Assembly: GCA_002503105.1 (NCBI GenBank)
Contig: DAQY01000028.1
Location: 4,524 to 68,523, forward strand
Direction: 5' to 3'
DNA from: Methanomicrobiaceae archaeon UBA206
GTDB lineage: Archaea > Halobacteriota > Methanomicrobia > Methanomicrobiales > Methanoculleaceae
DNA: 64,000 bases
The notes under the pieces are model-generated. The model worked only from the letters and a program-made list of their open reading frames with translations, was not told the origin of the DNA and did no database searches. Below, piece after piece: positions 26,968 to 37,137 of the stretch. Made by a program: the position numbers and the translations under genes. Position 1 is the first letter of the stretch, and each line of letters begins with the position of its first letter.

Positions 26968-27047
26968 TGCGATGCGAACGCCGGTTCCACCACCGCAGGC
27001 GTTTTCATGGCGTCCGTCTCGATCCCCGCCGCAGAAAAACGGATAGG

Positions 27048-27350
27048 TTACTCCTGTACATCCAGACTCATCTCGATACCGCCGGTCACCGCGAAGATGA
27101 GGTTGTACACCAGCGCCACGATCGCACCGCCGATAAATCCGCCGACCGCCATGGCAATGATGAGGAAGATCACGGTGGCGATCCCGACCCCGAGCGCACC
27201 GAGCGGACCCATATCTATCGGTACGATCGGAAGAACTCCGACTGCAATGATAATTCCGTAGATTAAACCGTATATTGCACCCAGAACTGCAAAAAACGTT
27301 GCAACAGAGAGCACACCAAACCGCTTGATGCGGGTTCTCCTCAACACCAT
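27048..27350 (-). CDS. small integral membrane protein, Gly/Ile-rich, unknown function
   Basis: 100-aa ORF with 3 hydrophobic segments and lower GC than its neighbours. Confidence 0.4.
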   Translation of the reverse strand: MVLRRTRIKRFGVLSVATFFAVLGAIYGLIYGIIIAVGVLPIVPIDMGPLGALGVGIATVIFLIIAMAVGGFIGGAIVALVYNLIFAVTGGIEMSLDVQE

Positions 27351-27589
27351 ACTCCGACCTCCACATCAGATAGAAATCCGGGATTGGTCTATCGTATTTA
27401 TACCTTTGTTCGACCGACCGGAGCATGCCCCCGAATGAGGCGATATTCGGGGTTGGCCGGCTGATCCGGAAACGGCTACGGAGCCGCTTCCAGCGGAACG
27501 GGCCTCCGTGCCTGTGCAGGCAGAGTATACCCGGGAACCGCCCGCAGTCGAAGAAGAGCACGAGGGGGGTTGTCCCGCCGCCTTCCGCG

Positions 27590-28219
27590 TCACCCGAGCT
27601 GTTCCAGCCGCCTGTTCACCTCGTCCCAGTTCACGACGTTCCAGAATGCGTCGATGAACTGCGCCTTGTTGTTCCGATAGTCGACGTAGTAGGCGTGCTC
27701 CCACATATCGAGCACCATGACGATCGGCATATCCGGATAGATGTGGTTGTTGTGCTTCTCGATCTGCATGATAAACGGCCGACCGGTCGTCGGGCAGCGC
27801 ACCAGTGCCGCCCAGCCCGATCCCTCAACGCTTGAAGCCGCTTTTGAAAACTCCATCCTGAACCTGTCGAAGCTGCCGTACTCCCGGTCGATCAGGTCAC
27901 CGAGCGAACCGCCGGGCGTCCCTCCGCCCTCCCCTGTCGGCGCCATGTTCGGCCAGAAGAGGGAGTGCAGGTTGTGCCCGCCGATGTTGTACGAAAACTC
28001 CTTCAGCACCGCCTTCTCATCGATCTCGGCACCCTCCCTCCGGGCTTTCTCCAGCTTCTCCAGGTCCGCATTCGCCCCAAGCACGTACGCCTGGTGGTGC
28101 TTGTCGTGGTGCAGGGAGAGCTGCTCCCGCGATATGTGGGGCTCAAGCGAGCTCGGATCATAGGGGAGCGGGGGGAGTTCATACTTCTTCTGCGCCAGCA
28201 TCAGTTTCTGTTCAGCCAT
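27590..28219 (-). CDS. sod: Fe/Mn superoxide dismutase
   Basis: Internal ATG 28219. YELPPLPYDPSSLEPHISREQLSLHHDKHHQAYV...DMWEHAYY. Confidence 0.9.
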   Translation of the reverse strand: MAEQKLMLAQKKYELPPLPYDPSSLEPHISREQLSLHHDKHHQAYVLGANADLEKLEKARREGAEIDEKAVLKEFSYNIGGHNLHSLFWPNMAPTGEGGGTPGGSLGDLIDREYGSFDRFRMEFSKAASSVEGSGWAALVRCPTTGRPFIMQIEKHNNHIYPDMPIVMVLDMWEHAYYVDYRNNKAQFIDAFWNVVNWDEVNRRLEQLG

Positions 28220-28752
28220 ACATCGATCAGCTCCTACACGGTCTGACCGGTGTTCTGCTGACCCTATATCAGGCTGTCGGTAGGGGTACCTGCCGGCAGC
28301 CGTGAGCGGCACCGCCGGGGGCGAACATCCCCATCCGTCGATCGCCGTCGCCGCATGCCGACCCTCCGAACCGTGCAGATCATCCAGCACACCGCCCGGT
28401 GAGCGGTGTGCTGTTCCAGATCTGCCGTTCCGCTCTTCTCAATCAGGCCGGCGCCCGCTCCCCTGCTCACCACAATCGTTAAATATGCTGGAAAGAGGGG
28501 GTAACCGTGCGGTCTTGTCTGCGGCACGGGTCTGTATCCGTCGGGGGCCGCTCCGCCTCGCAGTTGCCGTCCTGAAGGCATGAAAAAACGCTCCGCAGTG
28601 TTCTGGTGGTGAGGATGCGCCGGCACCACCGGCTCTCCCACCCTCCACACCGCGGGCGGGAGGAGACGCGTGCGCTCTTCCGCATGCACGGATGCGGGAC
28701 CGGCGTGCTGCACGAGGAAACGGGATAACAGAGGAACGCGTCCGAGGGGGTG

Positions 28753-30432
28753 ATGCCAACCATGAAAAAGAAGCCCTTCATCTCTTTTCTGTCACTCATC
28801 TGGACGCTGATGATCTGTCTCGTATTTTTCCGCGATATCCGCACGATTCTCGGTCAGATGCACACCTATCCGCTGGGCGGACTGGTAACGTTCCTCCTGG
28901 TCGGATGCCTCTTCTTCGGTATGCTCCACTTCGTGAGCTTCATCGACCACCTGCTCCGGTCACTGTTCCTGTACGACGACAGCATCGGCAGTCGGCCGTC
29001 TGTGGACGCCTCGTCGCCGCGGGTCGCCGTATTCGTCCCGGTATACAATGAAGACCCGCATATCGTTGAATCGTGCATCACGACGTGTGCAGAGATTTCG
29101 TATCCGAATTTCATCATCTACCTGCTGGATGACTCTACGGATGAAGCGATACAGGAGTCGAATCGGCGTATCAGCAGGCGGTTCGGCGTCCGCCACCTCC
29201 ACCGGGAGCACCGGCGGGGCTTCAAGGCAGGGGCGATCAACAACGCGATCGGGCACCTCGACGACGATGTCCAGTACCTCCTGGTCATCGATGCGGACCA
29301 GAGGGTGAAACCGCATATCCTCGCCGACCTGATACCCGTCCTCGAGAGTAACCCGTCGCTGTCGTTCATTCAGACGCCGCAGTTCTTCCATGCCAGATCG
29401 GACGACATCATCGGAATCTCGTACTCGTACCAGCAGCATATATACAACAAACATATCTGCAGGGGCCTGAACGTCAACTGCACTGTCATGCTGACCGGCT
29501 CGAACAGCCTCTTCCGGCTGAGTCGCCTGCGGGCCGTCGGCGGCATGGACGAGTCCTGCATCACCGAGGACATAGCGACGTCTTTCACCTTCTACGCGCG
29601 CGGATACCACGGCGCGTTTCTGGACACCGTGTACGCTGAAGGCATCGCGCCGCCCACGATCTCGGCGTACTACACCCAGCAGCTGCGCTGGGCGTACGGC
29701 ACGATCCAGCTTCTCAGGACCGTCGTCCGGACATTCGTCAATCACCCGCGCCTTCTTTCGCCGCTACAGTGGCTGGAGTTCGCGATCAACGGTTCGTGCT
29801 ACCTCCTTGGCGGAACGAACCTCATCCTCTTCCTGCTCCCCTGCGCCACGCTGCTGCTTGGCATCCGCATCCTGCCGGTCGTACTCCCCGCCATCTTCAT
29901 CCCATCCCTGGTCACGGTGCTCGGGACCCAGTTTGGAATCAGTATCCGCGAACGAAACTACCACCTCCGCGACCTCCTCGCATCCCAGGTGATCTTCAAC
30001 AGCCTCTCGTTCATCTACACACGGGCGATCTGGTACGTTCTTTCCGGGCGCGACCTGCATTTCCAGGTCACACCGAAGAAGGCATCCCCCTCCACGCCGG
30101 GGAGAGCTGTCGCACAGATTGCGCCCCTCCTGTTCGTCCTGGCGGCTGTCTCCGCTGCGATCCTCGTCGGCATCCGGCGACTGCTCGACGGCGGCGTAAC
30201 CGACTCCAGCACCACGATCCCGCTCTTCTGGGCCTGCTACACGTTCGTCATCCTGGGATCGTTCCTGCCGGTCTGGGCGAGGGACAGAAAGACGTGGAGG
30301 GTACAGGGCGAGGGGCGAGCCGGCACGGCGTCGAATATGCAGGAAACAGGGCGGCAGCGGCGGAGGGGCTCCTGCTCCCGTGCGGCGACGGACTGCCTCC
30401 ACGAAAGGAAGCACGAGGAGAAGGAGGAGTAG
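28753..30432 (+). CDS. processive family-2 glycosyltransferase (cellulose/chitin-synthase-like membrane enzyme)
   Basis: VAVFVPVYNED, LLDDSTD, VIDADQ, TGSNSLFR, ITEDIATSF and QQLRWAYG (QxxRW) plus multiple TM segments. The start may be ATG 28762. The C-terminal 60 aa are low-complexity. Confidence 0.8.
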   Translation: MPTMKKKPFISFLSLIWTLMICLVFFRDIRTILGQMHTYPLGGLVTFLLVGCLFFGMLHFVSFIDHLLRSLFLYDDSIGSRPSVDASSPRVAVFVPVYNEDPHIVESCITTCAEISYPNFIIYLLDDSTDEAIQESNRRISRRFGVRHLHREHRRGFKAGAINNAIGHLDDDVQYLLVIDADQRVKPHILADLIPVLESNPSLSFIQTPQFFHARSDDIIGISYSYQQHIYNKHICRGLNVNCTVMLTGSNSLFRLSRLRAVGGMDESCITEDIATSFTFYARGYHGAFLDTVYAEGIAPPTISAYYTQQLRWAYGTIQLLRTVVRTFVNHPRLLSPLQWLEFAINGSCYLLGGTNLILFLLPCATLLLGIRILPVVLPAIFIPSLVTVLGTQFGISIRERNYHLRDLLASQVIFNSLSFIYTRAIWYVLSGRDLHFQVTPKKASPSTPGRAVAQIAPLLFVLAAVSAAILVGIRRLLDGGVTDSSTTIPLFWACYTFVILGSFLPVWARDRKTWRVQGEGRAGTASNMQETGRQRRRGSCSRAATDCLHERKHEEKEE

Positions 30433-30439
30433 CGTCGGT

Positions 30440-30790
30440 GCAGCGCTGCCGGGGCTGACGCGATCCCCGAACTTCGGGCAATTTCGGGATGACCTCGAGG
30501 AAAACACGCCGGATCTCCCATCCGGTTTATACAGGTATCGCCTTTCAGCGAGAGGGGGCAGGGAGGGGAGGACCCTCTCTCGCAGGAGGATGCAGACACC
30601 TGCAGAACGGAGTACCCGCATGCTGGGACGACCTCGCTGAAGATCACCTCTCAGACTGCAGAAATGTACGTGCGGTCCCGGACCCGGGTGAAGGGTTCGT
30701 AAAACCGTTCCAAATGGCAGACCGACCCTCCCCTCCCGATCGCATCTGAGCAAAGTTTAAATAACCGTCGTTACTACGTTACAGTATAGT
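30440..30790 (+). mobile_element. fragments of the IS-like repeat family
   Basis: TTTCGGGATGACCTCGAGGAAAA at 30481-30506. GGGAGGGGAGGACCCTCTCTC...GCTGGGACGACCTCGCTGAAG at 30561-30648. Confidence 0.4.
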
Positions 30791-30838
30791 CTGCCACGTT
30801 ATGGCGTGGCGCAATTCGTCTGTATGAGAGGGAGGAGA

Positions 30839-32149
30839 ATGAACCACAAATTACTGACGGCTCTGGCGATCCTTCTGGTTGCCGCAGCATCTGCAGGATG
30901 CAGTGAACAGCAGCAGTCCGAAAACGAGATCAGGGTGGGTGTTGTGGCATCGATGACCGGACCTGCCAGTACGACCGGTAAAGACATCTGGCAGTCGGCA
31001 GTCCTGGCAGCGGAGGAGATCAACGCCGATGGAGGGGTCTTCGTACAGGATCTGAACCGACAGGTTCCCATCAGGCTGATCCAGGGCGATGACGAATCCA
31101 CCCGTGAGGGAGGACTGAAGGCCGTCTCGAAACTCATCACCCAGGACGACGTTGACCTGCTCGTCGGCGGCTTCTCCAGCGCGGTGGTACTGGCCCACCA
31201 GTCCATCGTTGCAGACCACAGAGTTCCCTACATCATCTCCGGTGCCTCAAGCACCGCCGTATCAGCGCGGGACGACATCGACACGCAGTACATGTTCTAT
31301 CACCGGCCCAACACCGACGACTCGTCGGGCGTGGCCACCCTCTTCATCGGCGACGTCCTCCGTCCCGCCATCAATGCGAAGTTCAACTTCCCGGACGACC
31401 GGCCGCTTCGACTGGCCATCATCTACCAGGACAGCCCCTACGGAAAGGGGCATCTAAGCGCCATTCACAACACCATTGAAGCACACGACCTGAATATTGA
31501 GGTGGTCGCTGAAGAGAGCTTCAAGATGGGCGAATCCGATTTCAGGACCATTTTGACATCCGTCAAGGCTGCACGGCCGGATGCGGTGTATGCAGTAACG
31601 TTCCTGAATGAACAGATCCCGCTCGTACAGCAGGCGAGGAGGGATGTCGGACTTGATACGATCTTCCTGACCATCGAGCCGAACGATGACCCCGACTACT
31701 ACAGCGGGGTTGGAAGATACGGCGAATTCTCGATGCTTGAGAGCCGGTTCAGTCCGTATGCCGCACCGAAGGGGCCGACGGGATCCGCAATTTCAGAGTT
31801 CGTGGACAAATTCAATGCACGCTGGGGAGGTTTCCCGGGGATGATGGGGGCGGCGACGTACGAGTCGATCTACATCGCCGCACAGGCCATCGAGAACGCA
31901 GGCACCCTCGATAAAGCGAAGGTGCGTGACGCTCTCGATGCCCTTGAAATGCCCCAGATGATCGAGGCCATGCAGGGCGGAGTGATCGCATTCTCGGACG
32001 ACTACAGGGAGAGCAAGTTCGACCTCTATATGTCGCAGCTGATATGGGATGAGAGCGTCGGCGAGCTCCGGCCCAAGATCGTCTGGCCGGATACGCTGAA
32101 GGAGACCGATCTCATCCTGCCCGACTGGTACACGCCGGGGAGTGAATAA
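30839..32149 (+). CDS. livJ: ABC transporter substrate-binding protein (branched-chain amino acid/LivJ type), lipobox-like signal
   Basis: Internal ATG 30839 after GGAGGAG. MNHKLLTALAILLVAAASAGC, then a Peripla_BP_6-like body. Confidence 0.85.
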   Translation: MNHKLLTALAILLVAAASAGCSEQQQSENEIRVGVVASMTGPASTTGKDIWQSAVLAAEEINADGGVFVQDLNRQVPIRLIQGDDESTREGGLKAVSKLITQDDVDLLVGGFSSAVVLAHQSIVADHRVPYIISGASSTAVSARDDIDTQYMFYHRPNTDDSSGVATLFIGDVLRPAINAKFNFPDDRPLRLAIIYQDSPYGKGHLSAIHNTIEAHDLNIEVVAEESFKMGESDFRTILTSVKAARPDAVYAVTFLNEQIPLVQQARRDVGLDTIFLTIEPNDDPDYYSGVGRYGEFSMLESRFSPYAAPKGPTGSAISEFVDKFNARWGGFPGMMGAATYESIYIAAQAIENAGTLDKAKVRDALDALEMPQMIEAMQGGVIAFSDDYRESKFDLYMSQLIWDESVGELRPKIVWPDTLKETDLILPDWYTPGSE

Positions 32150-32191
32150 TCTCTCCTTTTCTTATCTGCACAGCACCGGGATGACGCACAT

Positions 32192-33073
32192 ATGGACCTG
32201 AATCCAGATGTCTTCATCCAGATCCTGTTCTGGGGGCTCTATGCCGGATGCATCTACATCCTCCTCGCCACCGGTCTGAATCTGATCTTCGGGGTGATGA
32301 AGATCGTGAACTTCGCACACGGCGAATTCCTTATGATCGGCGCCTATATCACCCTACTATTCCTCGCACTGACCGGGTTCAACCCCTATGTGCTCCTCCT
32401 CGCATCGATGCCGATGGTCATCGGCATCGGCATCATGGTTGAACGGCTCTGTTTCCGCCCCATTCTGGGCACGGGAAAGCTGAATGAAATTTTCGTCAGC
32501 CTGGGGCTGATATACATCTTCCAGAACGGTGTCGCCCTTATCTGGACGGATGAGTGGAAGACCATCCCCAGCCCCTTCGTTGACATCACCGTTTCCATCG
32601 GATCGCTGAAGCTGCCGCTTGACTACCTGATCATCATCATCCTCACGGTCGGCATTCTCGCCGGACTCCATATCTTTCTGCGAAAGACAAGCCTCGGAAG
32701 AGCGATCAGGGCAACGAGCCAGAACCGGAAGGCTGCAATGCTCATGGGAATCAACGTCGAGAGGATGGATATGCTCAGTTTCGGCATCGGAACGGGACTG
32801 GCCGCCGGAGCGGGGACGCTCTGGGCGGTGAGCGGACAGGTGTTCAATCCATATATGGGCTCGATTCCGGCGATAAAAACATTTGCCATCGTCATTCTGG
32901 GCGGGCTCGGCAGTATCCCCGGTGCCATTGTCGGAGGCCTGCTGCTGGGGATCACGGAGAATATAGCAACATTTACTCTCGGTGGAGCATGGAAAGATGC
33001 GATATCGTTCATCCTGCTCATCGTCGTGCTCATCATCAGGCCGACCGGGATCTTCGGGGAGGCGGGGGAGTGA
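32192..33073 (+). CDS. livH: branched-chain amino acid ABC transporter permease
   Basis: LivH-type pattern (GLNLIFGVMKIVNFAHGEFLMIGAY...). Confidence 0.85.
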   Translation: MDLNPDVFIQILFWGLYAGCIYILLATGLNLIFGVMKIVNFAHGEFLMIGAYITLLFLALTGFNPYVLLLASMPMVIGIGIMVERLCFRPILGTGKLNEIFVSLGLIYIFQNGVALIWTDEWKTIPSPFVDITVSIGSLKLPLDYLIIIILTVGILAGLHIFLRKTSLGRAIRATSQNRKAAMLMGINVERMDMLSFGIGTGLAAGAGTLWAVSGQVFNPYMGSIPAIKTFAIVILGGLGSIPGAIVGGLLLGITENIATFTLGGAWKDAISFILLIVVLIIRPTGIFGEAGE

Positions 33074-33078
33074 TCCGG

Positions 33079-34041
33079 ATGGAACGGCGGAGACTGAAAC
33101 TGTATCTGCTCCTGGGGGCACTCGTGATCGGGGCGTTTCTCCCCCTCCTCCCCGTGACGAACCTCTATCTGCTGACCGTGCTGATCCTGATGCTGATCTT
33201 CGTCATCTATGCGTCGGCGTGGAACCTGCTCGCCTATTCGGGGCAGGGCTCGCTCGGTCATGCGGCCTTCTTCGGCCTTGGCGGATATGCGTCATCCATG
33301 ATTGCCCTGAATAGCGGTCTCTCCCCCTGTATCACGATATTCGCCGGAGCCGCATTCAGCGCTTTCGTCGGACTCCTCATCGGGCTCACGTGCGTGCGCC
33401 TCAAGGAGTGGTTTTTGGCGATGGTCACGTTCGGGTTCGCCATCATCATCCAGACGGTGATCGTGAGCATGCTTGCATCGATCACCGGGGGATGGGACGG
33501 TTATGCGGTCCCGAAGCTGATTTCAAGCGATATCCATCACTACCTTCTCTGGGAGTATTACTTCATCTTCATCATCACCATCATCACCATCCTTGCCATC
33601 CGGCTGATCCTGAAATCACGCATAGGTCTTGCACTGGCAGCAATACGGGAGAACGAGCTGGAGGCACGGGCCGCCGGAATCGATCCCGTGCAGTTCAAGC
33701 TGCTTGCATTTACGATCAGCGCCTTCATCGCCGGTATTGCCGGTGGGCTTGAAATCCATCACTTCGGCTACATAACACCGGAGATCTTCGGCGTTGAACT
33801 CTCCTTCTGGCCCATTATCTACTCTATCACCGGTGGTCTCGGAACGCTGGCGGGACCGGTCATCGGGACCGTTGCCGTGAGCATTCTCTGGGACGGACTC
33901 AATATCTTCGGGCTCACCTATGAACGCTACATCATCATCGGTATCCTGCTGATCCTGACGATCATCTATCTTCCGCGGGGCCTCGTGTCGCTCGGGGAGA
34001 GATTCGAAGAGAAGAGGGAGGGGGTCCGGGATTTCCGATGA
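33079..34041 (+). CDS. livM: branched-chain amino acid ABC transporter permease
   Basis: Internal ATG 33079 of ORF 32989. WNLLAYSGQGSLGHAAFFGLGGY is a LivM-type motif. Confidence 0.85.
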   Translation: MERRRLKLYLLLGALVIGAFLPLLPVTNLYLLTVLILMLIFVIYASAWNLLAYSGQGSLGHAAFFGLGGYASSMIALNSGLSPCITIFAGAAFSAFVGLLIGLTCVRLKEWFLAMVTFGFAIIIQTVIVSMLASITGGWDGYAVPKLISSDIHHYLLWEYYFIFIITIITILAIRLILKSRIGLALAAIRENELEARAAGIDPVQFKLLAFTISAFIAGIAGGLEIHHFGYITPEIFGVELSFWPIIYSITGGLGTLAGPVIGTVAVSILWDGLNIFGLTYERYIIIGILLILTIIYLPRGLVSLGERFEEKREGVRDFR

Positions 34042-34069
34042 CTCTTCCGATCCCGGTCATACCGGCGCT

Positions 34070-34771
34070 CTACATCCCGAGATAGGCGGCTTTCACGTTT
34101 GCGTCGTCAAGCAGCTCACTGGAAGTACCGGAATTCACGATGCGCCCGCCCTCCAGTACGTATCCGCGATGCGAGATCTCGAGTGCGTGCCGCACATTCT
34201 GCTCAACGAGCAGTATCGTCAGGCCTTCCCCGTTCAGACGCTGGATGGTCTCGAAGACGACCTCCACCAGTTTCGGCGAAAGCCCAAGAGACGGCTCATC
34301 AAGGACGAGCATCTTTGGGGCTGCCATGAGACTGCGGGCAATGGCCAGCATCTGCTGCTCCCCGCCGCTTAACGTGCCTGCAAGCTGGCTCTTTCGCTCA
34401 TGGAGGACCGGAAAAAGTTCGAAAATGCGTTCATATTCCGGATGCCCCCCCTCCCGTCCGAATGCGCCGAGTTCGAGATTTTCGTGCACCGTCATTTTTG
34501 GAAAGAGTTCCCTCTTTTCGGGCACAAACGCAATACCCCGTTTGACAATTTCGAAGGCGGGGATCCCGGATATATTCTCCCCCAGGAAGTTTATCTCCCC
34601 CGACGCCGACCGATTCAGCCCGAAAAGCGTCTCCACGACGGTCGTTTTTCCCGCGCCATTTGAACCGAGGAGCGTTACGATCTCCCCTCTCTCCACGTGA
34701 AGGGAGAGATCCCATATAACGTGGATATTGCCATGGAAAACGTTCAGACCGGTGACTGCGAGCATCCGCAT
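34070..34771 (-). CDS. livF: branched-chain amino acid ABC transporter ATP-binding protein
   Basis: Internal ATG 34771. GSNGAGKTT (Walker A), LSGGEQQMLAIARSL, LVLDEPSLGL. Confidence 0.85.
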   Translation of the reverse strand: MRMLAVTGLNVFHGNIHVIWDLSLHVERGEIVTLLGSNGAGKTTVVETLFGLNRSASGEINFLGENISGIPAFEIVKRGIAFVPEKRELFPKMTVHENLELGAFGREGGHPEYERIFELFPVLHERKSQLAGTLSGGEQQMLAIARSLMAAPKMLVLDEPSLGLSPKLVEVVFETIQRLNGEGLTILLVEQNVRHALEISHRGYVLEGGRIVNSGTSSELLDDANVKAAYLGM

Positions 34772-34775
34772 CCCT

Positions 34776-35504
34776 CTATCGGGCGTAGCTCTTCCCGAGG
34801 TAAGAGTCGATGACGGCCTGGTTCTCAGCGATCTCCCGGGCGGTTCCCTCGGCGATCTTCTCGCCGTGATCGAGGACAACGATCCGATCCGATACCCCCA
34901 TGATCACCCGCATGACGTGCTCGATCATCAGGATCGTAATGCCCCGTTCCCTCATCTTCCGGATCATCCGGATTGCTTCAGTCGCTTCGCTGGGGTTCAA
35001 TCCGGTCGTCAACTCGTCGAGGAGGAGGAGCTGCGGTCTTGAAGCCAGTGCCCGGGCCAGCTGGGCTCTCCGGAGCTCGATCATATTGAGGTTTGAAAGA
35101 GGGGTGTCCATCCTTTCCGGGGGGAACCCCACAAACTTCAGGTGCTCGACCGCCTCCTCCTCTGCGGCATCCAGACGTGTGCGGTGACGGTTGCCAAACA
35201 ATGCACCGATCATCACGCCCTCACGTGCGGTCAACCCGGGAAATGACTGGGCGTGCTGAAATGTCTTGGAAATGCCGGCTTTACAGACCTTATCGAGTTT
35301 CAGGCCCGTAATATCCGTTCCATTGAAATGGACGGTGCCGGCATCGGGCCGGTAGATTCCGGAGATGATATTGAGCAGTGTCGTTTTACCGGCGCCGTTT
35401 GAACCTACCAGCCCGAGAATTTCCCCTTTATGAACGGTGAGGTCCACCTTGTTGACGGCAACGAGTCCACCGAACTTCTTCACGACGCCCCGCACTTCGA
35501 GCAC
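34776..35504 (-). CDS. livG: branched-chain amino acid ABC transporter ATP-binding protein
   Basis: GSNGAGKTTLLNIISG, LNMIELRRAQLARALASRPQLLLLDE. Confidence 0.85.
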   Translation of the reverse strand: MLEVRGVVKKFGGLVAVNKVDLTVHKGEILGLVGSNGAGKTTLLNIISGIYRPDAGTVHFNGTDITGLKLDKVCKAGISKTFQHAQSFPGLTAREGVMIGALFGNRHRTRLDAAEEEAVEHLKFVGFPPERMDTPLSNLNMIELRRAQLARALASRPQLLLLDELTTGLNPSEATEAIRMIRKMRERGITILMIEHVMRVIMGVSDRIVVLDHGEKIAEGTAREIAENQAVIDSYLGKSYAR

Positions 35505-35519
35505 GAACTATCACCATGC

Positions 35520-36130
35520 TACCTTTTAGCGTGGTATATATTGACATACGACGATATTAAGGTATTGCAGACCGGCAACGGCCTGCTGCCCGGACTCGCT
35601 GGGATATCCTCGGGAGGCGGACCGGAGCATGAGAAGACCGGAGGGCTTCGATGTGCCCCTATATGAGGGAGGGTTCCCGGGTTTCGGGGCGACCTCCAGC
35701 AACCATCCCGGAGAGTGGACCTGGAGGGGACACCCGCTCCCGTCAGAGAGTTTTGGGATGACTTTTCCGGGTATGCCGGAATGGTTTCGGCCGCCGACCG
35801 GGCGCGCAGGTCATCGTCGGAACGCCCTGACGGGATCCGTCGGGAAGATGCCAGCATTCGGAATGGCGGCCAGAGCATCGGGGTCCTCCATGACGGGCGC
35901 CGGGCTCAGGGAGAGTTCCGGCGAGACACCCGCTCCGTCGCACGCGTACCGGAGCTGCTGTGCGGTTCGCACCGAAGCCCGGCGCCTTTCGCCCCTGCGT
36001 GCATCCGGCGGTAACGCCGGCAATGAGCAGCACGGACTTCACGGCGGGCAGTCTCGCGCCTGGAGGCGCAGCAGTATGGCCGACCGGGGTTCCGACCGAT
36101 CGGGCCGGGGCAACCTTTAGGTGGCTGAAT
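35520..36130 (+). mobile_element. longest plus-strand relic of the IS-like repeat family
   Basis: Module 1 at 35622-35650 and module 2 at 35723-35770. Conceptual reading RRPEGFDVPLYEG ... EFWDDFSG resembles the N-terminal part of IS5-type transposases. Stops occur in all frames. Confidence 0.45.
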
Positions 36131-36132
36131 GA

Positions 36133-36870
36133 ATAGCCTGGAGTGATGTCTCTCTGGTTCGTCGCCAAGCGTCCTGGGTATGGTCGGCATACTCCCCGTA
36201 TACGCTCTCGCTGGAGCACGACAGGCTCCAGCGGCGGTTCGGCAGGGAGAGGGGACGCGCCATCGGTGAGGCGCTGGGCATCGTTTCGGGGTGGGCGTTC
36301 TTCATCTACCGGATCGGAATCTGGATATCGCCGCAGCCCAGGTTCTCCATACGCGTCTTCCAGGATGTGGCGGTTCGGCTTCCCCCTGCCCGTCTATCGA
36401 TCCCGCTGGTACGCATCGCCATCGCGCTGCCGTTCCTGGTGCCGGGTCTCTGGTTCGGTGTCAGAGGGGTTGCAGACCTCGGCATTTCCGTCTCTGAAAC
36501 GCACAGGCCAGAGAGAATCGTCACCAGCGGTGTCTACGGCGTCGTCCGCCACCCGCAGTACCTGGGCGGTCTGCTCCCCCGCATCGGCATCACCGTCCTC
36601 CTCGCCGCATGGTACTCGCTGCTCACCACGCCGCTCGTGGTCGTAGTCGTCTACGTCATACCCAGGAAGGAGGACGGACTGGTCAGGGAGTTCGGGGAGG
36701 AGGACCGCGATTACCAGGAGGTGCGTGTCGATGTTCCTTCCGGTGCCGGTGAAGAGACGACCTGGTGGTCCGGGTGCGGAACGGTAGGCGTTCTGCATCG
36801 GGGTCTCCCGGCAGGCAGGAGCTATATTTATCTGCTGCCGCTGTGGAGATATCTCTGTGGGCGCCTATGA
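36133..36870 (+). pseudogene. isoprenylcysteine carboxyl methyltransferase (ICMT/PEMT) family gene, start lost and probably frameshifted near the 3' end
   Basis: The conserved reading YSPYTLSLEHDRLQRRFG...SGVYGVVRHPQYLGG...EFGEE has no ATG/GTG/TTG before 36367. The expected tail (RRCVSMFLPVPV) appears in another frame after about 36715. It abuts the repeat relic. Confidence 0.5.
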
Positions 36871-37028
36871 ACGAAAAAGAGCTCACTGAACTGGTGAAAT
36901 CGATCAAAGCAAAGGACCTGAAGGAGGAGATCAAGAAGCGAGGATTGAAACCGGGCCGCTGTCCGACCAAAATGGATCTGGCGCGGATGCTGCCGGAGGA
37001 CGTCCTCAAACAGCTTGCCGGAACGTGA
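36867..37028 (+). CDS. small (53 aa) SAP/HeH-like helix-extended-helix protein
   Basis: [26 protein letters not shown] resembles SAP/Rho_N motifs. ATG overlaps the preceding stop (ATGA). Confidence 0.35.
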   Translation: MNEKELTELVKSIKAKDLKEEIKKRGLKPGRCPTKMDLARMLPEDVLKQLAGT

Positions 37029-37137
37029 CCCGATCCGGGCGGGGCACCCGGTACGCCCCCGCCCGCTGTATCAGCTCCGCCGCATTCTTTCCCGAAACGA
37101 TCACGTTGTGCACGTACGCACCCGGAAACGTCCAGTG

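Noticed and set aside
35629-36120. ORFs of 100-170 aa lying entirely inside repeat relics (35629..36120+, 35715..36014+, 50364..50771+, 50348..50836-, 53070..53681-, 10653..11141-)
   Set aside because: Their translations are the shifted readings of the decayed IS-like element. Equivalent regions in other copies are interrupted by stops, so they are not conserved as ORFs.
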